Shown here in pieces: positions 16,559-24,842 of a stretch of 64,000 nucleotides of DNA (the first letter of the stretch is position 1; every line of letters starts with the position of its first letter). Origin of the DNA: Candidatus Bathyarchaeia archaeon. Lineage in GTDB: Archaea > Thermoproteota > Bathyarchaeia > Bathyarchaeales > Bathycorpusculaceae. Location of the stretch: assembly GCA_049970895.1 (NCBI GenBank), contig JBMFMB010000003.1, positions 1-64,000 of the forward strand. Direction: 5' to 3'. A program made the position numbers and the translations under genes. A model generated the notes under the pieces. That model did no database searches, was not told the DNA's origin, and was given only the letters and a program-made list of their open reading frames with translations.

Positions 16559-17916
16559 TATCCCATAAGCTTTGATTTAGCCTCTTTAAACAAAGCCTCA
16601 GTCTTCAGCCGCCACCTCTCAAAATCTTTAGGAGTTTTTGGATAATTTCGGTAATGGGCCTTAACCTTGTTCATTAAGTTAACTGTAACCCTCAACTTGT
16701 TTAGAAAGTGGATACGCTTCAATCCTCTGAAAACCCGTTTTGCAGCCTCGGTTATGTTCAAGTGGAAATCTTCACCCAAACCAGCCTTCAAAACATCCTC
16801 TTCGGTTAAAAGTTTGTATTTCATGCCATAGCTTAGGTCTTCATTACTGCACTTCAATAGTAAAAGCCTGAAAACATCAAGGGAAGCCTGCTTCGTTCCA
16901 TAGCTTTCCATGTACTTAATATTGTACTGCCACAAAGCCTCTTGGCTAACGTCGCCTTTCTCCAAAGCCTCAACAATTGTTTTTCCAGCTAAATAACCAC
17001 TTATCATTGATGGCCCTATTCCACCTCCATGTATGGGATTTACGAGGCAAGCGGCGTCTCCGGTGATTATTACGCCGTTTCCAACCATATTGTCCAATGG
17101 TCTCCTTGTTGGGTCATACCATGCCCCGCTATTGAGCAGTAATGAACCGTCAAAGATGGGTTGGGTTAAAATATGCTTGTAGAACTGTTCTTTTGGGTTT
17201 GGAAAATTGTCTCGCATGCAGACTCCAAGTCCAGCATTAACTTTTGCGTTGCTCTTATAGAAAATCCATGTGTAGCCGCCGGGAGTAACATTCTGGTTTA
17301 GATAAATCTCACAGTAATTTTTGCCTTCAACCTCTTGTCTGAGCTGCCTAATTTCTCTATAGCAGGCTTCCACATCCTCGTTGGATATTTCCATCTCAAC
17401 TCCCATTTCTCTTGGAAGTTTCCGTCTAACAACAGCTAGGAAACCGCTGGCATCCACAACGGTTTTCCCTTCAAAGCGAACTTTCTCACCAGTCTTCATG
17501 TTTTTAGCCGAAACACCAGCAACAAAGCCCTTCTCAATAATAGGCTCCAAACATTGAGTCGAATCAAATAAAACAGCACCATTGTCTAGAGCTGCTCTCA
17601 AAAGCCACTGTCCAAAAAGCCTCCTATTCAAAAGGTAGCCGGAAAAATCCTCATGCCTAACTGTGAAAACAGTTTCCATGTCAGGCGAATATATTTTAAC
17701 GCCCTCTATTCGCCTTTCAAGCTCACCGTGCTGAGGAGGCTCCAAACCAAGGCTCTTTAGATGATGCTCTCCGAGGGCGTCTCCACAAACTTTCTCGCCG
17801 ATTTCCTTTTGAGGTTTTCGCTCAACCAAACAAACCTTTAGGCCGGCTTCAGCGGCTGTTTTTGCCGCTAGGCACCCAGCTGTTCCAGCGCCAACCACCA
17901 CTACGTCAAATTTCAT
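16558..17916 (-). CDS. digeranylgeranylglycerophospholipid reductase (GGR family)
   Basis: VVGAGTAG, KVCGD, PGGYTWIF, GDAACLVNPIHGGGI. Confidence 0.9.
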   Translation of the reverse strand: MKFDVVVVGAGTAGCLAAKTAAEAGLKVCLVERKPQKEIGEKVCGDALGEHHLKSLGLEPPQHGELERRIEGVKIYSPDMETVFTVRHEDFSGYLLNRRLFGQWLLRAALDNGAVLFDSTQCLEPIIEKGFVAGVSAKNMKTGEKVRFEGKTVVDASGFLAVVRRKLPREMGVEMEISNEDVEACYREIRQLRQEVEGKNYCEIYLNQNVTPGGYTWIFYKSNAKVNAGLGVCMRDNFPNPKEQFYKHILTQPIFDGSLLLNSGAWYDPTRRPLDNMVGNGVIITGDAACLVNPIHGGGIGPSMISGYLAGKTIVEALEKGDVSQEALWQYNIKYMESYGTKQASLDVFRLLLLKCSNEDLSYGMKYKLLTEEDVLKAGLGEDFHLNITEAAKRVFRGLKRIHFLNKLRVTVNLMNKVKAHYRNYPKTPKDFERWRLKTEALFKEAKSKLMG

Positions 17917-18013
17917 GGGTTAACTTCGCCTCTCAAACTTACTTTTTCCCATATCACTGTATTGCGAAGCCTTTATAAAATTGAAAGCCGACTTAAAGGC
18001 GTTTTGCCTAACA

Positions 18014-18523
18014 CTATTTTCGTTTGAAAACTTTTGAAGATATAGGAATAGGTATGGTTGTTGTCTCCTTTGGGGTGTCAAAAACCATGCATGTTAACGT
18101 CTTTTCTATGCCCTTCACGGTTCTCAGCTTGTCTATTACGAATCTTCCAACGGAATCCACGTCCTTATCTTTAACTTTGATTAGGATGTCCCAGTCTCCA
18201 GATATTATGTGAACTTCTTGAACTTCTGGAAACTTTGAGATTTGTTCGGCAATTGCTCTTTGGGACAGCGTTTCACCCTCCTTGTTGGTTCGATATGAGA
18301 AGGATGCCAGTATGAAGGCTGTCACACCAAAGTCCAGTCTCTTATGGTCTAGAATTGCCCTATACTCCTTTATTATCCCCTGCTGTTCCATCCTCTTTAT
18401 TTTTGCGAAAACAGTTGTTATTGGCGAGTTTATTTTTCTCGCAATTTCCTTTGCTGTCATCTTACAGTTTTTCTGCAGCAAATCCAGTATTGCTAAATCC
18501 TTTTCGTCAAGTTTGAAGCTCAT
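18014..18523 (-). CDS. Lrp/AsnC family transcriptional regulator
   Basis: LDEKDLAILDLLQKN HTH, VHIISGDWD. Confidence 0.93.
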   Translation of the reverse strand: MSFKLDEKDLAILDLLQKNCKMTAKEIARKINSPITTVFAKIKRMEQQGIIKEYRAILDHKRLDFGVTAFILASFSYRTNKEGETLSQRAIAEQISKFPEVQEVHIISGDWDILIKVKDKDVDSVGRFVIDKLRTVKGIEKTLTCMVFDTPKETTTIPIPISSKVFKRK

Positions 18524-18626
18524 GTGAAAAAATTACATAAATCGAAACTTAAAAAGGTTACTATTTGATAAAAATACAGAATTTTCAATAAAAAATTTAA
18601 AAACATTAATTGGCATTCTCAATCTC

Positions 18627-19607
18627 ATGAGCACAAGCCTCATCGAGAGCTTAAAGAAAAGATACTTAATACTAAGAGACAACGGCCTGGCAAACGTCTT
18701 TAAAGTCCAAGATGAGATAGTATCCTCAATTAGGGCTTTCCTAAAAAATGAGGGTTTCGTTGAAATTTTGGCTCCAATAATTGGACCAGCAACAGACCCG
18801 GGCATTAGGGGGGCAAAGCAAGCCACCATAGACTATTATGGTTTCCCATTCAAAGTTATGAGCAGCATGATACTCTACAAACAAATGATTATTACTGCTT
18901 TGCCAAAAGTTTTTGCCCTATCACCAAACATTCGCCTAGAACCATTAGAAACCGTGAGGACACGCCGCCACCTAACAGAGTTTAGGCAAATAGACCTTGA
19001 AGTAGCCTACGCCAAATGTGAAGATGTCATGGAGCTTGGTGAAAGAATGCTCCGCTACGTGATAGCTAAAGTGAAAAGCAAGTGCCGCAAAGAGCTTGGA
19101 GAACGCCTAAAAACCCTTAAAGTGCCAAGATTACCCTTCAAAAAATACACGTACAAGGAAGCCCTTGAAATTGTCAAAAGTATGGGGATAAATGTGGAGT
19201 ATGGTAAAGAGATTCCTTGGGAAGCAGAAGAAGCCATTTCGCGAATGCACAGCGAACCCCTCTGGATAACGAACTTCCCAGTCACGGCGAGAAGCTTCTA
19301 CTACATGGAAAGCGGAGAAGAGCCCGGCATTTTAAAAGACTTTGACCTAATATATCCCGAAGGCTTCGGGGAGGCAATTTCAGGCGGGGAAAGAGAACAC
19401 CGCTACAGCAAGCTTTTGGAAAGGATGCTTAAAAGTGGTGAAAATCCCGCTGACTATGGGTGGTATTTAGAAATGCTAAGGGCTGGCATTCCTCCCTCAG
19501 CGGGTTTCGGGATAGGTGTTGAGAGACTGACGAGGTTTATTTGCGGTCTTGAAAACATTTGGGATGCCGTTCCATTTCCAAAAGTGGCCGGGATTCCTTC
19601 CCCGTAA
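18627..19607 (+). CDS. asnA: archaeal-type asparagine synthetase A (AsnRS catalytic-domain paralog)
   Basis: SSMILYKQ, SPNIRLE, RHLTEFRQID, GEAISGGERE, GFGIGVERL; no anticodon-binding domain. Confidence 0.9.
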   Translation: MSTSLIESLKKRYLILRDNGLANVFKVQDEIVSSIRAFLKNEGFVEILAPIIGPATDPGIRGAKQATIDYYGFPFKVMSSMILYKQMIITALPKVFALSPNIRLEPLETVRTRRHLTEFRQIDLEVAYAKCEDVMELGERMLRYVIAKVKSKCRKELGERLKTLKVPRLPFKKYTYKEALEIVKSMGINVEYGKEIPWEAEEAISRMHSEPLWITNFPVTARSFYYMESGEEPGILKDFDLIYPEGFGEAISGGEREHRYSKLLERMLKSGENPADYGWYLEMLRAGIPPSAGFGIGVERLTRFICGLENIWDAVPFPKVAGIPSP

Positions 19608-19620
19608 ACCCGCAACGTTT

Positions 19621-19660
19621 AGTTGAAATATTGATTTTTGGTTCATAATGGTTAATTATA
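19621..19660 (+). promoter_or_regulatory. TTCAT-anchored motif plus TATA-like box
   Basis: AGTTGAAATATTGATTTTTGGTTCAT-aatgg-TTAATTATA, 19/26 to the 7812 copy. Confidence 0.5.
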
Positions 19661-19706
19661 TTTTGGCCAAACCTTGAAGCGTCAATGTTAAAGAAGGCGC
19701 AATTAA

Positions 19707-19958
19707 ATGATGAAGAAAGCCGTTATTAAAAGGGGTGAAACCTACACTGTTGACTTGACAAAAATTGATGGAGACGGTGCATTCCCCTGCCCAAAATGTG
19801 GTGTAATAATATCCCCAGATGATGAAACCGAGGAAGTCTACCAGATTGTTGAAACAAAAGTTAAAGGGGACGATTTGGCAGAGCTAATCCTCCGCTGCAA
19901 CAAGTGTGGAAGCACCATAAGGTTGGTGGGCTTCCTACAACAAACCATTGAAGGCTAA
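19707..19958 (+). CDS. small zinc-ribbon protein
   Basis: FPCPKCG..ISPDDE..CNKCGS. Confidence 0.8.
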   Translation: MMKKAVIKRGETYTVDLTKIDGDGAFPCPKCGVIISPDDETEEVYQIVETKVKGDDLAELILRCNKCGSTIRLVGFLQQTIEG

Positions 19959-19969
19959 AAACGCTAAAC

Positions 19970-20194
19970 TTACAGCTCCTTCTCAAATTTTCGGCTTACC
20001 GCAACAAAAACAAGCCACAATATAGATCCGTAAAAGACCCCGTTAATGAGGGCGCTCACAAACTTCTGGTATTCTTCAGCAATTCTCCCAATTAGGGTGC
20101 AGATAAAATTTCCCGGAAAAATTGGCGAGGGAATCAAGAGCGAGGTAGCTAGGAACATTGAAAAGAAGACTATCAATATAGGGATTCCCCTCAT
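19970..20194 (-). CDS. small two-TM protein
   Basis: IPSPIFPG, NGVFYG, two hydrophobic helices. Confidence 0.65.
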   Translation of the reverse strand: MRGIPILIVFFSMFLATSLLIPSPIFPGNFICTLIGRIAEEYQKFVSALINGVFYGSILWLVFVAVSRKFEKEL

Positions 20195-20298
20195 GAGTTT
20201 CCCACTGTAAGCTTTTCATAAGTTCATCTGAAGTCGTGATATTTATTAAATTTTCTGCTTTTATGTTCAACAAGACTACAGAAAAGGTTAATCGAAAT

Positions 20299-21384
20299 TC
20301 AGAATATTGGAAATGACAAAACAAAGATTACGATCAAAAAAGCCGCTATAATTTTTCTTCCAGTAGATAGGCTTGAAACGTCATCTAAGGGTCCAGGATG
20401 CCTTTGCATTGCTAGGAATAGGACAAATAATGCCATAAGCCAAAAATCACTGAGCAGCAACAAGACGATGGACGCTACTGTCAGAACTGCTCTAGCCTTA
20501 TCTCCAACTGTGGATCTGGCGATGTGTCCTCCATCAAGCATTGCCGCGGGCAGAAGGTTAAGCATCGTAATGACAATGCCAACCCAACCAGCAAAACCAA
20601 CAGGATGCAAATACAGTACCATCCCTTGAGGGCGAACTGGGACCAGTCCACCAATTCTAAGCAGTTCGCCGATGAAAATCATGATCAGCGGGGTTGGAAG
20701 GATTGTGGCTTCTTTAACTTGTGGGGCGGGTACCGACATTGTCAAACCCACGGCAGTAACGATTATAGCTATTATAAAGCCGGAGATCGGCCCGCTCATT
20801 CCTATGTCAAATAAGGCGTCTTTATTGGGTGGAAGAGACTTTTGAATTATGACTGCTCCGAAGGTTCCTATTCCTCCACCAATTATGGGTGGTGGACCAG
20901 GAATGAAGTATGGAGGTGTTGCCTCTATCCTATTTTTGTTTGCCGTGAGTTTATGTCCCATTTCATGCACAGCCAGAATTGCCATTATAGCGATTGTAAA
21001 GGTAGCTCCTCCAAAAACAGGGTCTATTTCTCCACCTATTGAAGCTAGATTTGATGCCAAAATATACCCGGTTGTAAAGGTCGTTCCAATGGTTGCAAAA
21101 AACAGCAGCCAATTAACGAGAACTTTGCTGGGTTTAACTGGCTGCTTCTTGACAATTTTTAGGACTAGTTTTCCGTCGGCTCTCCTTAAAAAAGCTACAA
21201 AATTCATCGATTCAAGCCTTTTAAGCAAATTTAGAAACGCTTGTTTTGTTTCTTGAGGCTGTTTAAGGTAGAAGGTAGGAATGTTATGCTCTATTAGGGC
21301 TTCCTCTATCTGGAAGTTCTCGCATACCATCTCCTTTAACTTTTCAAATTCTGTTGGACTTGCTGTTTCCATTATTTCGTTCAT
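20299..21384 (-). CDS. site-2 protease (M50 metalloprotease)
   Basis: HEMGH, PYFIP, NLLPAAMLDGGH. Confidence 0.95.
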   Translation of the reverse strand: MNEIMETASPTEFEKLKEMVCENFQIEEALIEHNIPTFYLKQPQETKQAFLNLLKRLESMNFVAFLRRADGKLVLKIVKKQPVKPSKVLVNWLLFFATIGTTFTTGYILASNLASIGGEIDPVFGGATFTIAIMAILAVHEMGHKLTANKNRIEATPPYFIPGPPPIIGGGIGTFGAVIIQKSLPPNKDALFDIGMSGPISGFIIAIIVTAVGLTMSVPAPQVKEATILPTPLIMIFIGELLRIGGLVPVRPQGMVLYLHPVGFAGWVGIVITMLNLLPAAMLDGGHIARSTVGDKARAVLTVASIVLLLLSDFWLMALFVLFLAMQRHPGPLDDVSSLSTGRKIIAAFLIVIFVLSFPIF

Positions 21385-21567
21385 GCTTTGCCCCTGTGAC
21401 TTTTAGGACACCTACTAAAGCGGTTATGTATTAGAAAAGCTTATTGGATTTTATCTGGTTTTTATTCGGATTCTGAACCGCTAAAAACTTTTTAATGATC
21501 GCCAAAGCAAACGTCCACAGAAGCCTCAGCAGGAGATGTTATTCTTAAAGTAAAGGAGACAAGAAGG

Positions 21568-22097
21568 TGGAAAAAACGAAACAAGCAGAGATGATTCTTC
21601 TGTTGCTATTCTCTTTCCAACGTATTGCGAAGCTGAAAACATTAAAAGCCTAATACACACAATTGAAAACTTAGGGATAAACTCAAAGATAATAGTTATA
21701 GACGTTCAAGCCCAGACGGAACAGGAGAGATTGTCAAAAACTTCAGAGAATTTAGGGGAACGTAACATTGCTGACGCGTCCCTTTAAGGCTGGACTTGGA
21801 ACGGCAATAACCCATGGCTTCCACTTTGTTTTATCTCGAAGCCACCTCAAAATATGTGGTTACAATAGATGCTGACTACTCGCATGATCCGAGGGAGATG
21901 CCTAGGCTGCTACAACAAGCTAAGAGGGGCTGCGACATTGTTGTGGGGAGCAGGATACCGCAACGGCGGAATTGTTAAAGGTTGGCCTCTGATAAGGTTG
22001 GCGATCAGCAAAATAGCTAACAAGATAACTGCAAAAATTGTGGTCTTGCCAATAACAGACTTCACAAGTGGCTTCAGATGCTACTCTAGGGGCTAAC
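21568..22097 (+). pseudogene. polyprenol-phosphate mannosyltransferase-like GT2 remnant
   Basis: Fragments in changing frames: FPTYCEAENI, SPDGTG, GLGTAI, DADYSHDP, DIVVGSR, DFTSGFRCY; truncated. Confidence 0.8.
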
Positions 22098-22242
22098 AAA
22101 AAATGAGATGTTAAGCTTCCTGCTATACATTATAAAAAACCTTTAAATTTTTAGTTAAAGCTGTGCCTAAATGGTAGAGATTTTTGTGCCGCGGATCGTT
22201 TCCAAACTAGATAGGACTCTATTCTCTTCAAATTGACCATTG

Positions 22243-22600
22243 CTAAAAGATTGGATAGCGCCTCCAAGAATATCCCGACAAGTATCTTTGCGTAGTCGCT
22301 GATTTTCTGGAGTTTAAGTTCATCGACCAATATTTTTGTTGAGTATCGTGGCTTTTAAAGGCCATAGCACCTATTGTGGTGGGTACAATACCGACCGTTT
22401 TCTCAATTTGCTTGTGCCCAATTACTACGCGTTCTCTTTGGCTCATGTATTCCAGCGGTATGCATGGACATCTTATAAAAACTTCTGCGTCTGGAACGAA
22501 AACGACTTTCTATCCCTTCCTTTTAAGGGTTATCCCTATAAAAGCATCATCGTTGATTATGTTGGGTGGGATTTTGGCTATCATCCCTTTCCTCATCGCC
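22243..22600 (-). pseudogene. processive-type GT2 C-terminal remnant
   Basis: KIPPNIINDDAFIG..G*KVVFVPDA..MSQRERVVIG, resembling ED...QRxRW, with internal stop. Confidence 0.55.
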
Positions 22601-22659
22601 CACATTCCTCCCCCAAAGTGACTTAGGTTTCCATTTAACATTTCCTTGAAAGCATTCTA

Positions 22660-22804
22660 TTGTGCATCTGCTGACGGTTTTATACCAATCTATCGGGGTC
22701 TCCGCTGTAACATTTTTCATCAGAAGCATCGACGAGAAAGCCGCTGTTACCATTATTATGATTGCCGATAACGCAAATAGTTTTTCCCCTTTTTCCATTC
22801 CCAT
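22660..22804 (-). pseudogene. 5' remnant of secreted or surface protein
   Basis: Signal peptide, then ETPIDWYKTV, then loss of plausible coding and junction to the GT2 remnant. Confidence 0.4.
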
Positions 22805-22897
22805 TCCTCTTTTGGGTCACGTATGGGATTGTGGACATTTTATTAAAAATTTTTAGAGGTTCTGACTCAGGATTAGAACAAAATTAAATTCAATAAT

Positions 22898-23103
22898 TCA
22901 CGTCTCATTTTCTAAAAATTTCAAATGTTTAGGCACCTCACCTTTTTCGCCGAAGGAGAAAACCTCGAAAAGCTCAAAGCTTGCCCAACAACCCTTACAT
23001 TAGACGTGGGGGTGGTTGTGCCTTATACCAAGCCAAAAACTTCCCTAGAATTACATTTTGGACATACATTAAACTTATTTGCTAGGATTTCATCTAATTT
23101 CAA
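22898..23103 (-). pseudogene. zinc-ribbon protein remnant
   Basis: LKLDEILANKFNVCPKCNSRE / frameshift / FWLGIRHNHPHV*CKGCWASFELF. Confidence 0.55.
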
Positions 23104-23238
23104 GGCTTCTCAATTTCCAAAACAATAATTATGCTTCATGAAATTATGAGTTACTGTTAGAACGGGAAGATTCCTCTTCCCATATCAGATGCTGACAAAG
23201 TTTATTAGAGAAAACCGTCCTTCAAAAGGCTGTTCAAA

Positions 23239-23877
23239 ATGATAATTAAAATGTTCACTGTTGGCAAGCTCTTCACAAACTGCTACATCGTGGCGTGCCA
23301 AGAAACAAAGGAAGCCATAATTATTGATCCCGGGTTTGAAAACGCGTCTGAAGCTGAAAGAATATTCAAGTTTGTTGAGGAAAACGCCTTAAAGCTAAAG
23401 TTTATCGTGAATACTCATGGGCATCCAGACCACATCTGTGGGAACGGAATAGTCAAGAGAAAGTTTCAGACATCAATTCTGGTCCATGAGAAAGATGCTT
23501 TCATGCTTGGAACCCTCGGCAAAGTAATCGCAAAATTCTTCGGGTTTAACAGTTCTTCGCCATCAGCAGATGTCCTCCTAAAAGATGGAGATTATGTGAA
23601 GTTTGGCAAAGTAGCCCTGAAAGTTATGCACACCCCGGGGCACAGTCCTGGAAGCATATCCCTAATAGGCGAAATGGAGGTGTTTACGGGCGACACTTTG
23701 TTTGCCGGCTCCATTGGAAGAACGGATCTTCCGCAAAGCTCAGAAACAGACATGAAGGAATCATTAAAAAAGTTGGCAGCTTTGCCTGCCAATTTTAAGG
23801 TTTACCCCGGACATGGTCCAACAACCACTATTGAAGAAGAGAAACGGAGTAACCCATTCCTAATCATAAAGTGGTAA
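23239..23877 (+). CDS. MBL-fold hydrolase (glyoxalase II-like)
   Basis: THGHPDH, HTPGHSPG, FTGDTLF, PGHG. Confidence 0.93.
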   Translation: MIIKMFTVGKLFTNCYIVACQETKEAIIIDPGFENASEAERIFKFVEENALKLKFIVNTHGHPDHICGNGIVKRKFQTSILVHEKDAFMLGTLGKVIAKFFGFNSSSPSADVLLKDGDYVKFGKVALKVMHTPGHSPGSISLIGEMEVFTGDTLFAGSIGRTDLPQSSETDMKESLKKLAALPANFKVYPGHGPTTTIEEEKRSNPFLIIKW

Positions 23878-23890
23878 AACAAGAGGCGTT

Positions 23891-24664
23891 TCATAAAGCC
23901 TCCCTAAACAAATCCTCGTCCTTTCCGATTTTCAGTTCCTTTGCACTTGATTTTTCGCAAAACTCCACGATATCCCTTAAGCCCTTAAAAATCACAACCG
24001 GTGTGGCTTCCTCGGCTTGTCCCATGAGAAGTTCGGCTGCAGCTGCGATTTCGTCGACAACAGCCACGTTCTTAACCTTCAATATGTAACCGTAAAGGTC
24101 TCTTTTACCCCTATAATCTTTGAAGGGTTTAATTCCAGCCAATCCTATGGCAAAGTTCACCTGCCCCCGCCTGAAGGGTCGGCTATAAGTGTCGCATATT
24201 ATAACTGCCACATCCTTCCCAGTCAGCTTTTTTATTTCTTCTCGGCATTTTTCTGCTGACTTATCTGGGTTTTCTGGGAGAAGTGCAAAATTGCTTTCGC
24301 CTTCAATGTTTGACTTGTCTATTCCAGCATTTATGCACACCAAACCGCGAACATCCTCCACCAGCAAAATGTCACTTGAAGCTTTTATGACCTCTTTGGT
24401 TTCTCTTAAAACAAGCTCCACAAACTTCGGGCTTTTCCCAGTTTTTACGGCAATTTCCTTAGCCCTTTCAGAAGGGACAACCTCTTTAAGGTTAATGATT
24501 CTTCCCTCAGCCTTGGAGAAAATTTTCTGAGCAACAACAATTATGTCTCCATCCTCAATTTCTAAGCCATTTTTCTCTGCAGTTTTAACAATTATTTTTG
24601 CTATGTTGTCCCCGGGCTTTATGATGGGGAAGCCTTCAAGGGCTATGGCTTTAAATTCTTTCAA
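23891..24664 (-). CDS. cofE: coenzyme F420-0:L-glutamate ligase, copy 1
   Basis: QKIFSKAEG, NAGIDKSN, DTYSRPFRRG, DEIAAAAELLMGQ, DLFR. Confidence 0.92.
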   Translation of the reverse strand: MKEFKAIALEGFPIIKPGDNIAKIIVKTAEKNGLEIEDGDIIVVAQKIFSKAEGRIINLKEVVPSERAKEIAVKTGKSPKFVELVLRETKEVIKASSDILLVEDVRGLVCINAGIDKSNIEGESNFALLPENPDKSAEKCREEIKKLTGKDVAVIICDTYSRPFRRGQVNFAIGLAGIKPFKDYRGKRDLYGYILKVKNVAVVDEIAAAAELLMGQAEEATPVVIFKGLRDIVEFCEKSSAKELKIGKDEDLFREAL

Positions 24665-24756
24665 GGTTTACGCCAGCTTTTGTTTCCTAGATGATGTGCC
24701 TCCTCTATGTTAAAACTCTTGCTTTTCGTAAATTCTCAAACAGACTTGTATGATGT

Positions 24757-24795
24757 ATTTCAAAGTTTTATTTTGAATTCATAATGCTTAAGCAG
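24757..24795 (+). promoter_or_regulatory. TTCAT-anchored motif plus weak TATA upstream of the pilus locus
   Basis: ATTTCAAAGTTTTATTTTGAATTCAT-aatgc-TTAAGCAG, 18/26 to the 7812 copy. Confidence 0.4.
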
Positions 24796-24842
24796 GTCTT
24801 GGCGAAAGGATAGCTTAACCGTAATAATATGGATGCATCCTT

